Positions 1-9,800 of a DNA stretch of 35,918 nt are shown in pieces. The position numbers were made by a program, and so were the translations under genes. The notes under the pieces were generated by a model that ran no database searches, had not been told where the DNA came from, and worked only from the letters and a program-made list of their open reading frames with translations. This DNA comes from Fusobacteriota bacterium. GTDB taxonomy: Bacteria > Fusobacteriota > Fusobacteriia > Fusobacteriales > JBNJFI01. Location: NCBI GenBank assembly GCA_051746725.1, contig JBNJFI010000010.1:1-35918 (forward strand). Reading direction: 5' to 3'. Numbering within the stretch: position 1 is the stretch's first letter; the number at the start of each line of letters is the position of its first letter.

Positions 1-94
1 CATATGCAGGTTTTAGAACTCCCATCTTATCATAATACCTCAGGGTTTTTACAGTTATCCTATTGATTTTAGAAAATTCTCCTATTTGATACAT
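1..94 (-). CDS. MerR-family (BmrR-like) transcriptional regulator, 5' part; runs off the window
   Basis: Manual translation from ATG at 94 gives MYQIGEFSKINRITVKTLRYYDKMGVLKPAY, the MerR HTH signature (IGEFSK..TLRYYD..G.L.P). SD GAAAGGAG lies upstream. Confidence 0.9.
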   Translation of the reverse strand, partial: MYQIGEFSKINRITVKTLRYYDKMGVLKPAY

Positions 95-130
95 AAGCTT
101 ACTCCTTTCACATCTCATCTTGTTAATTTA

Positions 131-161
131 ATTATACATACTCCTCTAAGGGGAGAGTCAA
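131..161 (-). promoter_or_regulatory. MerR-type sigma70 promoter with 19-bp spacer and dyad operator
   Basis: Minus strand TTGACT-N19-TATAAT. The spacer holds the dyad CTCCCCT-T-AGAGGAG (1 mismatch). Confidence 0.85.
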
Positions 162-202
162 GAACTTTTTTTAAATAATTTTTTCGATTAAATTTTATCA
201 TC

Positions 203-1036
203 TTAGTTAACACTTTTTATATAATATCTATCATTTTCTTTTTTTAAATCCACTTTTATATCAAAAGTTTTCGATAAGTTTTCTGAGTTAAGTATCTCTT
301 CTTTTTTGCCCTGTTTAAATATAGTTTTATTATTAATTAATGCTACATTGGTAATTTCAGGAAATATCTCCTCAATATGGTGAGTTACTAATATCAGGGT
401 AGCACTTTTAGAAAGTTTTTGTAGTAGTTTTATAAAACTATTTTGAGCTTTTATATCAAGGCCAACTGTTGGTTCATCTAGTATAAAGGCTTTTGGGTCA
501 TGGATTAAAGCTCTACCTATAATGCAGCGCCTTAATTGACCTGTACTCATTTTATATACTTTTTTGTCTTTAATTTCTAAGATATCTAGATAATCTAAAA
601 CCTCCAAAGCCTTTTTCCTTTGATTTTTAGTAAAATTTTGATGTTGATAAATTTGAATAGAACTATAATATCCACTAAGAATAACTTCGTAAGCAGTTGA
701 ATTTTTTCCATTGGTTTCATAAAAATTATGTATATCATTGGTAATAATTCCCAGATTTTTTTTAAGCTCAAAAATATCCCATCTCTCTTCACCGAATATC
801 TTTTTTGTGAAGTCATATTTAGTATTTGGATATATATCATTTGACATTAATTTAATTAAAGTGGTTTTTCCACTTCCATTTGATCCTAAAATCACCCAAT
901 GTTCACCTTTATTAATATTTAGATTGATATTTTTCAATACAGGAATATTAATATCATAATTTACATAAATATTTTTAAAATCTATTATTGCTTCTGAGGT
1001 CTTTTTCTTTTTTGACAAAGTAATCTCCCCTCTCAT
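203..1036 (-). CDS. ABC transporter ATP-binding protein (ModF/YlmA-like, stand-alone)
   Basis: Walker A GSNGSGKT, signature MSTGQ, Walker B FILDEPT, H-loop VTHH. The true start may be TTG at 1018, after SD GAGGGGAG. Confidence 0.88.
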   Translation of the reverse strand: MRGEITLSKKKKTSEAIIDFKNIYVNYDINIPVLKNINLNINKGEHWVILGSNGSGKTTLIKLMSNDIYPNTKYDFTKKIFGEERWDIFELKKNLGIITNDIHNFYETNGKNSTAYEVILSGYYSSIQIYQHQNFTKNQRKKALEVLDYLDILEIKDKKVYKMSTGQLRRCIIGRALIHDPKAFILDEPTVGLDIKAQNSFIKLLQKLSKSATLILVTHHIEEIFPEITNVALINNKTIFKQGKKEEILNSENLSKTFDIKVDLKKENDRYYIKSVN

Positions 1037-1210
1037 TTTTTATAATTTTATATAAAATCATATATTTAATTATAATATATTAAACTCGATAAAACAAATT
1101 TAATTATACCAGTCTCATGTTTTATATAAATGACAAATATTTATTTTAACTTCACTTTTCGAGTATTTCTAAGTACTCTAGTACCATTTTTTATCTTCTA
1201 TTCAGATAAA

Positions 1211-1237
1211 AAGGAGTAACCCATCAGGTCACTCCTT
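1211..1237 (-). terminator. Probable intrinsic terminator after the DUF2089 cluster
   Basis: Inverted repeat AAGGAGTaACC-catca-GGTcACTCCTT followed by a T tract on the minus strand, just after the stop at 1243. Confidence 0.65.
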
Positions 1238-1242
1238 AAAAA

Positions 1243-1638
1243 TCAATCAATATATACTTTTACTATTGTCTTACCTTCATCAGCTTCAATATTTACTATT
1301 TCACCTTCTACTTCATTTTCAATAGCCTCAATAATCATATCAATATCTCTGTCAGAAAGATTAACTCCTTCTAAATCTGCACCAAAGTTTTTAGCGATTG
1401 ATAAACCAGCTTTAACTAATTTAATTGGAATATTGATCTTAACTTTAGTATCATCATTTTGATCATATACTCTAACCCTTAAGTACTTTTTTGCATACTC
1501 CTCACTTAGTTTACTCGTGTCTAGTAACTCCTTATTCTCTTTCTCTTCACCAACAGCTTCCAATAGTTCAGCTGCTTCCTGTGCACTTATCTTTCCTGAT
1601 TCTAACATTTCTAATATTTTCTTTTTCTCCTCGTTCAT
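1243..1638 (-). CDS. Hypothetical protein with N-terminal SHOCT-like domain (DUF2089-associated)
   Basis: N-terminus EEKKKILEMLESGKISAQEAAELLEA is SHOCT-like, followed by the KVKINIPIKLVK motif. SD AGGAGGAG. Confidence 0.75.
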   Translation of the reverse strand: MNEEKKKILEMLESGKISAQEAAELLEAVGEEKENKELLDTSKLSEEYAKKYLRVRVYDQNDDTKVKINIPIKLVKAGLSIAKNFGADLEGVNLSDRDIDMIIEAIENEVEGEIVNIEADEGKTIVKVYID

Positions 1639-1653
1639 TTTAATCTCCTCCTT

Positions 1654-2013
1654 TTATTTTAGTAGTTTAATTCCTTCTTCTGTAGTCATTTCTCCTTTGC
1701 TGATCTTATCTAATATCTCTGCTTTATTTATTTTGGGTTTAACTCGTTTAAATCCCAGAGCAGATTTGAGATCCTTCAACTTATTTTTTACAGTTGGATA
1801 AGAAATGCCTAAATCTTCTTCAATTTTTTTAATATTTCCCTCGTTTTCTATAAATTTTAAGGCAAAATATTTTTGTTCATCATTCAATTTATCGAATTCT
1901 GACATCTTAAAGCTTCCTGTTATTTTCGTTTTACATTTTTCGCATTGTAATTCCGTAATAGTCAGCTCATTATAGCAAACTGGACAACTACCAATCATCT
2001 TATTTCTCTTCAT
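1654..2013 (-). CDS. DUF2089-family protein (Zn ribbon + HTH + SHOCT-like tail)
   Basis: CPVC...CEKC zinc ribbon and the GNIKKIEEDLGISYPTVKNKL HTH typical of DUF2089. Confidence 0.85.
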   Translation of the reverse strand: MKRNKMIGSCPVCYNELTITELQCEKCKTKITGSFKMSEFDKLNDEQKYFALKFIENEGNIKKIEEDLGISYPTVKNKLKDLKSALGFKRVKPKINKAEILDKISKGEMTTEEGIKLLK

Positions 2014-2026
2014 AAAACCACATCCT

Positions 2027-2314
2027 TTATACTATTCTTATATATACATAACTTTTAGATTTTCCATCTTCAACTTCTAATAAATCCAAGGGACCACTCT
2101 CTTTTAATATATCAAATAACTTTGAAATATCCCTAGATTTTACTTTATCAAGCATTTTAGAAACTTTTTTGTCTTTAATATTCGTTTTGAGAGCATATTT
2201 GACTCCGCAATTCCAAAATGTTAATAAGATAAACTTTATTAATCCTATTGGGATTCCTGGAATCCATTTTATGTTTTTTCCTTCTGAAATAATAGTAATT
2301 TTTATTTTTTTCAT
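2027..2314 (-). CDS. Small hypothetical protein, first gene of the DUF2089 operon
   Basis: ATG at 2314 (MKKIKITI) follows SD AAGGGGG. The ORF-track TTG start at 2371 is actually the -35 box. Confidence 0.7.
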   Translation of the reverse strand: MKKIKITIISEGKNIKWIPGIPIGLIKFILLTFWNCGVKYALKTNIKDKKVSKMLDKVKSRDISKLFDILKESGPLDLLEVEDGKSKSYVYIRIV

Positions 2315-2342
2315 AAGCGCCCCCTTTTCTTTGTATATTAAT

Positions 2343-2371
2343 ATTATAACTCCAGAATCAACTTTTGTCAA
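2343..2371 (-). promoter_or_regulatory. Consensus sigma70 promoter of the DUF2089 operon
   Basis: TTGACA-N17-TATAAT on the minus strand. Confidence 0.8.
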
Positions 2372-2494
2372 GAAAATAATTAATTATTTTAATAATTTGA
2401 TTAATATAATTAATTATTTTCTTGATGCTCTTGATTTTTTATAAATATTGTTGCTAGATTTTTTAATCATTTTAAATAAAATATTAAAAAAACC

Positions 2495-2549
2495 TTGACA
2501 AAGTTCTAAAAAAAAGTTATTATAAATACATATATAAGAAAACCGGTTT
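2495..2549 (+). promoter_or_regulatory. Sigma70 promoter plus LacI-family-like operator upstream of the MATE gene
   Basis: TTGACA(2495)-N17-TATTAT(2518), with palindrome AAACCGGTTT at 2540-2549 downstream of the -10. Confidence 0.65.
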
Positions 2550-2597
2550 CGCGAATATTCTTAATGACTCTAGAAACTGAGTAAGAGAGGTGAAAAT

Positions 2598-3971
2598 ATG
2601 ACAAAGAAACACAAAGCAAAAAAGTTAAATTTTATAAAATTAACTTGGCCAATATTTGTAGAAATGTTATTATGGACTATGTTTAACAATATAGATACAA
2701 TAATGCTTTCTAGGTATTCCGATGATGCAGTTGCAGCAGTTGGAAATGTTGGACAACTAATTTTCTTAGTAACCATTGTTTTACAGATTATTTCAATGGG
2801 GAGTTCCATAGTTATATCACAGAAATTAGGAGCAAAAAAGGATGAGGAGGCAGCAGAAGTTGTAAGACTGTCATTATATGTAAATATTATTTTAGGAGTT
2901 ATATTAAGTTTCCTGGTATTTATATTTGCAGGTTCCCTAGTAAAAGCATTGGGATTAAAAGGTAATATCTTAGAAATAGGAACTAGTTTTTATAGAATAA
3001 TTGGAAGTTTTGCATTCATACTTGCAACTGGAAGTATAAATACAGCAATACTTAGGAGCTATGGATATACTAAATATCCTATGATTATAAATATAACTAC
3101 AAACTTAATTAATATAATCGGGAATTCATTATTCATATTTGGATTTTTAGGTTTTCCTATACTTGGAGCAACTGGAGTTGCAATATCTACAGTATTCAGT
3201 CAAACTTTAGGGGTTATAGCTTCACTAATTATTGTCAAACGAAAAACGGGTGTTCACATCTTAGGTGGATTACGATTAGACCTAGCCTGGGAAAATTTAA
3301 AAGAAATAACAGTAATTGGAGTACCATCTGCAGCAGAAACTATGTTATATAACTTTGCCCAATTAGTTATTATAAAAATAATTTCTGTTTATGGAGACGC
3401 AACTCTTACTGCAAGAGCTTATGTTTTTACACTAATAAGATTTGTTATGATAATTAGTAGTGCTTCTGGATCTAGCGCTCAAATTATCACAGGAAGATTA
3501 GTTGGGGCAGATAAGAGTCTTTTTGCAAAAAAGATTGTATTAAAAATATTTTATAAAACATTTATTTTAGTACTTTTTGTATCTTCTATGTTAGCAATCT
3601 TCAGAGTGCCATTATTAAAAATATTTACTGACAATCCAGAAATAATTTCCATTGGATCAAAAACTTTACTTACAGTTGTCTTGCTTGAAACTGGTAGATC
3701 TTTTAATTTAATTTTTATAAATTCAATGAAAGGTGCTGGATATGTTAAATTTCCTGTTATTGCAGGAATAATTTCTATGTGGACTATAGGAGTTGGCTTA
3801 ACTTATGTATTGGCTATTGAGTTTGAATTAGGATTACTGGGATCTTTTTTGGCCGTTGCCGCTGACGAATGGTTAAGAGGTTTAGTAATGTTCTTTAGAT
3901 GGAAATCCGGAGCATGGCGAAAATTTTATAAGGCAAAAAAGAAAAAATTAGCCATGGCTATGGGAAATTAA
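2598..3971 (+). CDS. MATE-family efflux transporter
   Basis: About 12 hydrophobic segments, with WPIFVEMLL..DTIMLSRYSDDAVAAVG, LGATGVAISTV and DEWLRG motifs. Confidence 0.93.
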   Translation: MTKKHKAKKLNFIKLTWPIFVEMLLWTMFNNIDTIMLSRYSDDAVAAVGNVGQLIFLVTIVLQIISMGSSIVISQKLGAKKDEEAAEVVRLSLYVNIILGVILSFLVFIFAGSLVKALGLKGNILEIGTSFYRIIGSFAFILATGSINTAILRSYGYTKYPMIINITTNLINIIGNSLFIFGFLGFPILGATGVAISTVFSQTLGVIASLIIVKRKTGVHILGGLRLDLAWENLKEITVIGVPSAAETMLYNFAQLVIIKIISVYGDATLTARAYVFTLIRFVMIISSASGSSAQIITGRLVGADKSLFAKKIVLKIFYKTFILVLFVSSMLAIFRVPLLKIFTDNPEIISIGSKTLLTVVLLETGRSFNLIFINSMKGAGYVKFPVIAGIISMWTIGVGLTYVLAIEFELGLLGSFLAVAADEWLRGLVMFFRWKSGAWRKFYKAKKKKLAMAMGN

Positions 3972-3996
3972 TTATAATAAATTTTAGGAGGTTTAT

Positions 3997-5115
3997 ATGC
4001 TATATCGAACATTAGGAAATGAAAAAGTCTCAATTTTAGGATTTGGATGTATGAGATTTCCAGAAATAAATGGAGAAATTGATGAAGAAAAATCTATGAA
4101 AATGATACGATATGCAATTGATAACGGGATAAATTACATAGATACCGCTTATCCATATCATGGCGGAAAAAGCGAACCCTTTGTTGCTAAGGCTCTAAGT
4201 GATGGTTATAGAGATAAAGTTCATTTGGCAACTAAACTACCAGTATGGCTTTGCAAAAAAGAGGAAGATTTTGATAAATATCTAAATGAGCAATTAAATA
4301 ATTTAAATACTGATCATATAGATTTCTATATGTTACATGCAATGAATAAAAAAAGATGGGAGAAATTAAAAAAATTAAATATTTTTGACTTTCTTGAACG
4401 AGCTAAAAAAGAGGGAAAAATCAAATATTTTGGATTTTCATTCCATGATGACTTAGATGTATTTAAGGATATAATCGATGGTTATGATTGGTCATTTTGT
4501 CAAATTCAATATAATTATTTAGATGAATATAACCAAGCTGGAAAAGAAGGATTAGAATATGCTAAATCAAAGGGGATAGATGTAATTGTGATGGAACCTT
4601 TAAGAGGAGGTAAGTTAGCGGTTAATCCACCAAAAAAGGTTAAAGATATATTAAATGATTTTAATGAAAATAGAACTCCAGTTGAATGGGCTTTAAAATG
4701 GGTATGGAATCACAGTGAAGTATCTCTTCTTTTGAGTGGAATGAGTACCATGGAACAAGTTAAAGAAAATATTAAACTTGCGGATAGTGGTAAAATAAAT
4801 AATCTCAACAAAAAAGAGATAGATGTAATAAATCAAGTTAAAGAAACTTATAATAACTTAAAACAAGTGGATTGCACAAAGTGTAATTACTGTATGCCTT
4901 GCCCTGTTGGTGTAGATATTCCCAAAAATTTCGAAATTTATAACGATGCCTATAAATTTAATAGAATAGAAGAAAATATAAAAAGATATAATGATCTTAA
5001 AGATACAGAAAAAGCATCCAATTGTATTAAGTGCGGCAAATGTGAAGAAAGTTGCCCTCAACAAATCGAAATCAGAGAAAAATTAGAAAAAGTAGCAGAA
5101 CTCTTCGGAAATTGA
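3997..5115 (+). CDS. Aldo/keto reductase with C-terminal 4Fe-4S dicluster domain
   Basis: SILGFGCMR, GINYIDTAYPY, ATKLP and MEPLRGG motifs; C-terminal CTKCNYCMPCP and CIKCGKCEESCP. Confidence 0.93.
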   Translation: MLYRTLGNEKVSILGFGCMRFPEINGEIDEEKSMKMIRYAIDNGINYIDTAYPYHGGKSEPFVAKALSDGYRDKVHLATKLPVWLCKKEEDFDKYLNEQLNNLNTDHIDFYMLHAMNKKRWEKLKKLNIFDFLERAKKEGKIKYFGFSFHDDLDVFKDIIDGYDWSFCQIQYNYLDEYNQAGKEGLEYAKSKGIDVIVMEPLRGGKLAVNPPKKVKDILNDFNENRTPVEWALKWVWNHSEVSLLLSGMSTMEQVKENIKLADSGKINNLNKKEIDVINQVKETYNNLKQVDCTKCNYCMPCPVGVDIPKNFEIYNDAYKFNRIEENIKRYNDLKDTEKASNCIKCGKCEESCPQQIEIREKLEKVAELFGN

Positions 5116-5148
5116 AAATGAATTTCTAGAGATTTTAAATATCAGATT

Positions 5149-5181
5149 TAAATAGGACTGATTTTATATCGGTCCTATTTA
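5149..5181. terminator. Hairpin between convergent genes (probable terminator)
   Basis: TAAATAGGACTGAT-tttat-ATCGGTCCTATTTA, a 14-bp stem with one G-T pair. Confidence 0.7.
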
Positions 5182-5205
5182 ATCCCAATCTAATATTAAC
5201 CCCCC

Positions 5206-5817
5206 CTACTTTCTTACGCTCATTATAAACATAGAATATTTTATTGTCTTCCCATCTCTTTCCTTTTTTCCATTAAAAAAAGTCTCAGATTTTATATTAG
5301 TATAACCTATCTCTTCTAAAGTCTTTTTTAAATCTCCTTGATCAAATCCCAAATGTCCATCAAAACCAGATTCAGGTGGATGAAAACTTCCATCCTCGGT
5401 ATCTAAATCTACAATACAAATTGAACCTCCATCTTCTAAAAGTGTATGAAGATTATTTAAAATACCCTTTATGTCTTTAATATGATGCATAACCATGGAA
5501 GTATATATCGCATCAAATCTTTTCTCCATAAATTCTTCTGTAAACTCTTCCATATGAATAGGAACCATATTTTCTACTCCAGAAGATTTTATTTTTTCTT
5601 TTACAACGTCAATCATACCTTCAGATGAATCAACTAAAGTAATTTCATCAAAAATATCCTTAAGATTAAAGCTTATTAGTCCAGTTCCACATCCAAATTC
5701 CATTGCAGAATTTGTACTTTTAAGATTTATATATTTTTTCATCTTTTTTGTTATCTTCGATACTCTCTCTTTTCTTTTTTCAGTATCCCAATTTTTAGCT
5801 TTCTTATCAAAACTCAT
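5206..5817 (-). CDS. Class I SAM-dependent methyltransferase
   Basis: FDKKAKNWD N-terminus, motif I EFGCGTG, VDSSEGM, SMVMHH and GG.I.IVD. Confidence 0.9.
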   Translation of the reverse strand: MSFDKKAKNWDTEKRKERVSKITKKMKKYINLKSTNSAMEFGCGTGLISFNLKDIFDEITLVDSSEGMIDVVKEKIKSSGVENMVPIHMEEFTEEFMEKRFDAIYTSMVMHHIKDIKGILNNLHTLLEDGGSICIVDLDTEDGSFHPPESGFDGHLGFDQGDLKKTLEEIGYTNIKSETFFNGKKERDGKTIKYSMFIMSVRK

Positions 5818-5858
5818 ATTATCTCCAATCTATATATTAATAATTAAGCCCTAATTTA

Positions 5859-6863
5859 TTAAAAGAAAAAGCCATCATCCAGAATATTCGGAGACCTATG
5901 ATCTCTAATTTTTATATTAAGTTTATCTTTAATTTCCTTATACTTAGAACTAACTGTATTGGTGCTAATATTATATTCATCAGCAAGATCTTTTTGGGCA
6001 CATATATTTCCATTGAAAAGCCATCTATTAATTAGGTATTCTACTCCAGCTGCCCAACTTTTATCCCAACCTGTTATTTTCCCTTTTTTGTCTTTAAAAT
6101 CTCTCCATACAATTATAGCTTCAATTACTCCATCATCATCAAATCTATCTACCATTTTATCTACTAAAATTTCTTCTACACCATCTCGAATTTTACCTTG
6201 TTTAGAAACTTTCAGACCTAATGTTTTTCGAACTCGGTTAAAATCTATCAATTTAGCCGGCTCATTTTCAGGCATAAATATACTTGCTATTTCAATACTA
6301 TCAACATACTCTTCTAATTTTTGTTTATTCTTTTTTGTTTTTCTTACTTCCAAAGGAGATTTAAATCCCAACTTAAAACTAACATCTACAGGTGAATTTA
6401 AAAAATGATCTGTTACTTTATTTGTTAAATCTTCTAATACATCTATTGTTTCTTCTTTTAGAAATTTAACTTTTTTGCCAAATTTAGTCTTCATGAATTT
6501 TTTTAATTTTGAAATCCATTTACCATCGGAAGATTCTATTTGAAGAAAATCATCAAATAAGAAGAAAACTATTACAGGTTGTTCCTTTAATTTTTCTGAA
6601 GATTCCCATCGATAAATATTTACTTTGTTTCCTCTTCCATCGTCTTCAGTAACCTCATATTTTAGTTGACTAGAATTATCTAATATACTTTTGATCTTTT
6701 TCTTTATAATTATTTTATATGTAAGACTATTTAATTTTTTAGGTATATTAATTTCACTCATATTTTTCTGTCTCTTATTTTGTATATCTTTTTTGTTATT
6801 AGTTTTCTTTTCCGTATTTGAATTCCCTGGAAATTGTAAAATCTTAGAATTATTTTTTCCCAT
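5859..6863 (-). CDS. Hypothetical protein with a possible MbcA/ParS-like middle domain and C-terminal HTH
   Basis: 334-aa ORF with SD AAGGAGAG. LGFKSPLEVRKT...DFNRVRKTLGL in the middle and WAAGVEY...QKDLADEYNISTNTVSSKYKEI at the end. Domain calls are by eye. Confidence 0.65.
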   Translation of the reverse strand: MGKNNSKILQFPGNSNTEKKTNNKKDIQNKRQKNMSEINIPKKLNSLTYKIIIKKKIKSILDNSSQLKYEVTEDDGRGNKVNIYRWESSEKLKEQPVIVFFLFDDFLQIESSDGKWISKLKKFMKTKFGKKVKFLKEETIDVLEDLTNKVTDHFLNSPVDVSFKLGFKSPLEVRKTKKNKQKLEEYVDSIEIASIFMPENEPAKLIDFNRVRKTLGLKVSKQGKIRDGVEEILVDKMVDRFDDDGVIEAIIVWRDFKDKKGKITGWDKSWAAGVEYLINRWLFNGNICAQKDLADEYNISTNTVSSKYKEIKDKLNIKIRDHRSPNILDDGFFF

Positions 6864-6884
6864 TTCTCTCTCCTTTTTTGATTT

Positions 6885-9800
6885 TTAACTCTTCTTTTGA
6901 TAAAATCCCACTTCCATCTTTTCAGAAGTCATAACCTCTTTTCCATATGCATTTCTAAGTTTTAAACTATAAACTACAGGAAAATTATTCATAATACTCT
7001 CTTGTCTATGAGCAGTTAAGCATAAAAGTTGTATATTATTGGATTTGGCTACTTCAAAAACAATCTCTAATATATGAGGTGAAGAAGCCTTTCCAAATGG
7101 ATTATCAGCTAAAATAGTTTTATATCCAGTAGCATTTCCCTCTAATTGTCTTCGGATATAACTAACCATAATCATAAACATAGTCATATATACTGAATAC
7201 TCTTCTCCTCCAGACCATCTAACTACTTCTTTCCAATCAGCATAATCCAATTGAATTTCATTGATTATGGATTCTTTTCTGGGTTTGAAAACCCTAACTC
7301 TACAATTTTCCAATGGAGCAATAACATTTATTAAATTTCGAGTTCTCAATCGTTCTTCCATTTTAGAATCAATTGTATCATCATCAGTTCCATCTTCCTT
7401 TAATTTTTGAAGATCATTTAAAACTTTTTCAAGGTACTCATAAATAAGATCCCTCTCTTTATCTTCAGATAAAAGATCCCAATCCATTTTAATTACCTGA
7501 ATTCTTTTTCCATACAGATCAATTTTAGAATTTTTTGGAATCTCTTTTATAGCTTCAAATACCACTTGAGCTCTACGCAAACATAAATTTGTCAAGTGTT
7601 CCATATCTTTTTTGTTTTCCTCTAGTTGTCGCATATAATTTAATCTATATCTTTCTAATCCTTCTAGGATTCTTAGAAATTGAGTCTCTACAAAATCATA
7701 GTCATAGATTCTGCTATTTTCCATAATAGATTTAACTTTCCTCGTAAATTGTCTCACATTTGGATTATTAGTATTATTTAATTCATTTAAGTATAGGTTA
7801 AAACTCTTATCGACTTTCCTTTTTTGAGTTTCCAACTTTTTTGCAATTTCCTTATACTCTTTTGTCAAATCAAAATATATATTCTCTGTAGATATTTTAG
7901 ATAGATCCCACTTATCTGTAGGAGTAGTCTCTTTTTTGTTCCAGTATTCCTGTTTCAAAAAAGGGTATTCTTTATTTAACATTCGTAACGTTTGTTTATT
8001 TTCTCTAGACTGTTCTCTATTTTTTTCGATTTTTTCTAAAATATCAGATAATTTTTCTTTAGATTTTTGGAATTCACTTTTTATTATTTCATATTCTTCC
8101 AAGTGATTTTCAGTAAATTTATAATATCCCTCTTTTTTGAATTCCCTTTCTAAATACTCTTCTAAACTTTCTACAGCACCTTCTATACGATTTATCTTGG
8201 CATCTGTCTTTACAAGATATTGTTTTTCAGATTCTAGGTTCATCTGATATTTGTTTATTTTTTCGTTTAATTCTTTTTCTTCTATTTCTGAAATTTCTCT
8301 AATATTTTCTTTTATCCATTCTCTTTTTATATCTAATTTATTGATTTCTAAGTTTATCTTTTCGATATCTTGGATACATTTTTCAATTATTCTTTCGATA
8401 TCTTCCCGTTTTCCTTTTTTCTTATTTAACTGTTTTAATATCTCATCTACTTCTATTTTTATCTCGCTATAATCTTTTTCAGACTCTCTAATTTCAATAT
8501 CTTGAATATTATATCTGTTTTTATCTTCTCGATGTTTTTTTATCTCAAGAGATAGAGCTCTACTTTTTTGATCTATTTTTAATTCTTTATCGTATAGCTC
8601 TTCTCTTTTTTGAGATAAATGATTTATATGACCTGTTAATCTTTTTATAGATCTATTTAATTCCTTAAGTTTATCTTCTTTTTTGTTTTTATTAATATAA
8701 TCTTCTGTTATTTCATCTAGTTTTTCTATTATTCTTTCTAGATTTGAAATATCAGAGTTTATTTTTTGAATACCTTCTCGTTTTTTAATTAATTTTAATT
8801 TTAGATCTTTTTTGTTTTTTTCTAAGTCGTTTATCCTTTTTTGAGATTTTTCAATAAGATTAATATGTTTATTTAGGTTTTCATTCCATTGAGAAATCTT
8901 GTTTTTAGTATAACTTTTATAAAAATTTTCTAATTTCTTAAGTAAATTTCCCCAGATATTTTCGTTTTCATTAACCTCTTTTAATTCAGAATTTAATTTT
9001 TCTATCTTATTAGATAGATTTTCTTTAAATCGACTAAAAATTTCCTTTGAAGTAAATATATCTACTGATTTTGGTTGAAATATATAAGCTCCGCTTTTAA
9101 ATTTTTTTAAGCTATCAGGTTTAGATATCCTATTTAGGTTTTGAGTATTTTTAACTAAAAATATCAATGGGAAATCCCGTTTTGTATCCCCTCTTTGTTT
9201 TAAAAATTTTTCCACCTTACTTTTTTGATCTTCTTCAATTAAAATAGAATATGGAAGTAAGGGTTGATTATCCAAATATTCTTTCTTTTCTCCTTGGGTT
9301 AAATTTTGATTAGAGATCCATTCTGATCCGAGAACACTATAGATGTTAGCATCCTCTAAAGCTTTTTTGATTATTATCAGCTCAGAATCAGGAATATAAT
9401 ACTCTCTATCAGAAAAAAGAGCCCATTTTTCTTCTAAGTTAGCTATTTCAGACTTTAAAATAACCCTTTTTTCTCTGAAATCTTTAAAGTTTCCCTTCGT
9501 TTTAAATAAAATTTCATCCTTACTTTTTAAGATATCATTTTCTAAAATTTCTCTACTGGCTAAAGTTCCTAAAAGAGTATCTTCTTCATTATGAAAATCA
9601 TCTAATTTTTCTTGAATTTTTTCCTTCATATTATTATGTGAGATTTTATCATTGCTTATTTTAAGTATCTCTTGTGAAGTCTCTTCTTGTTTATTTTCAA
9701 TCTCTTTTAATTGGTTTTCAAAATCTACTTTTTTATTTTGTAATAATTTATATTCTTCTGATTTAGATTTTTTTAACTTTTTTGGATTCTCAAATTTTGA

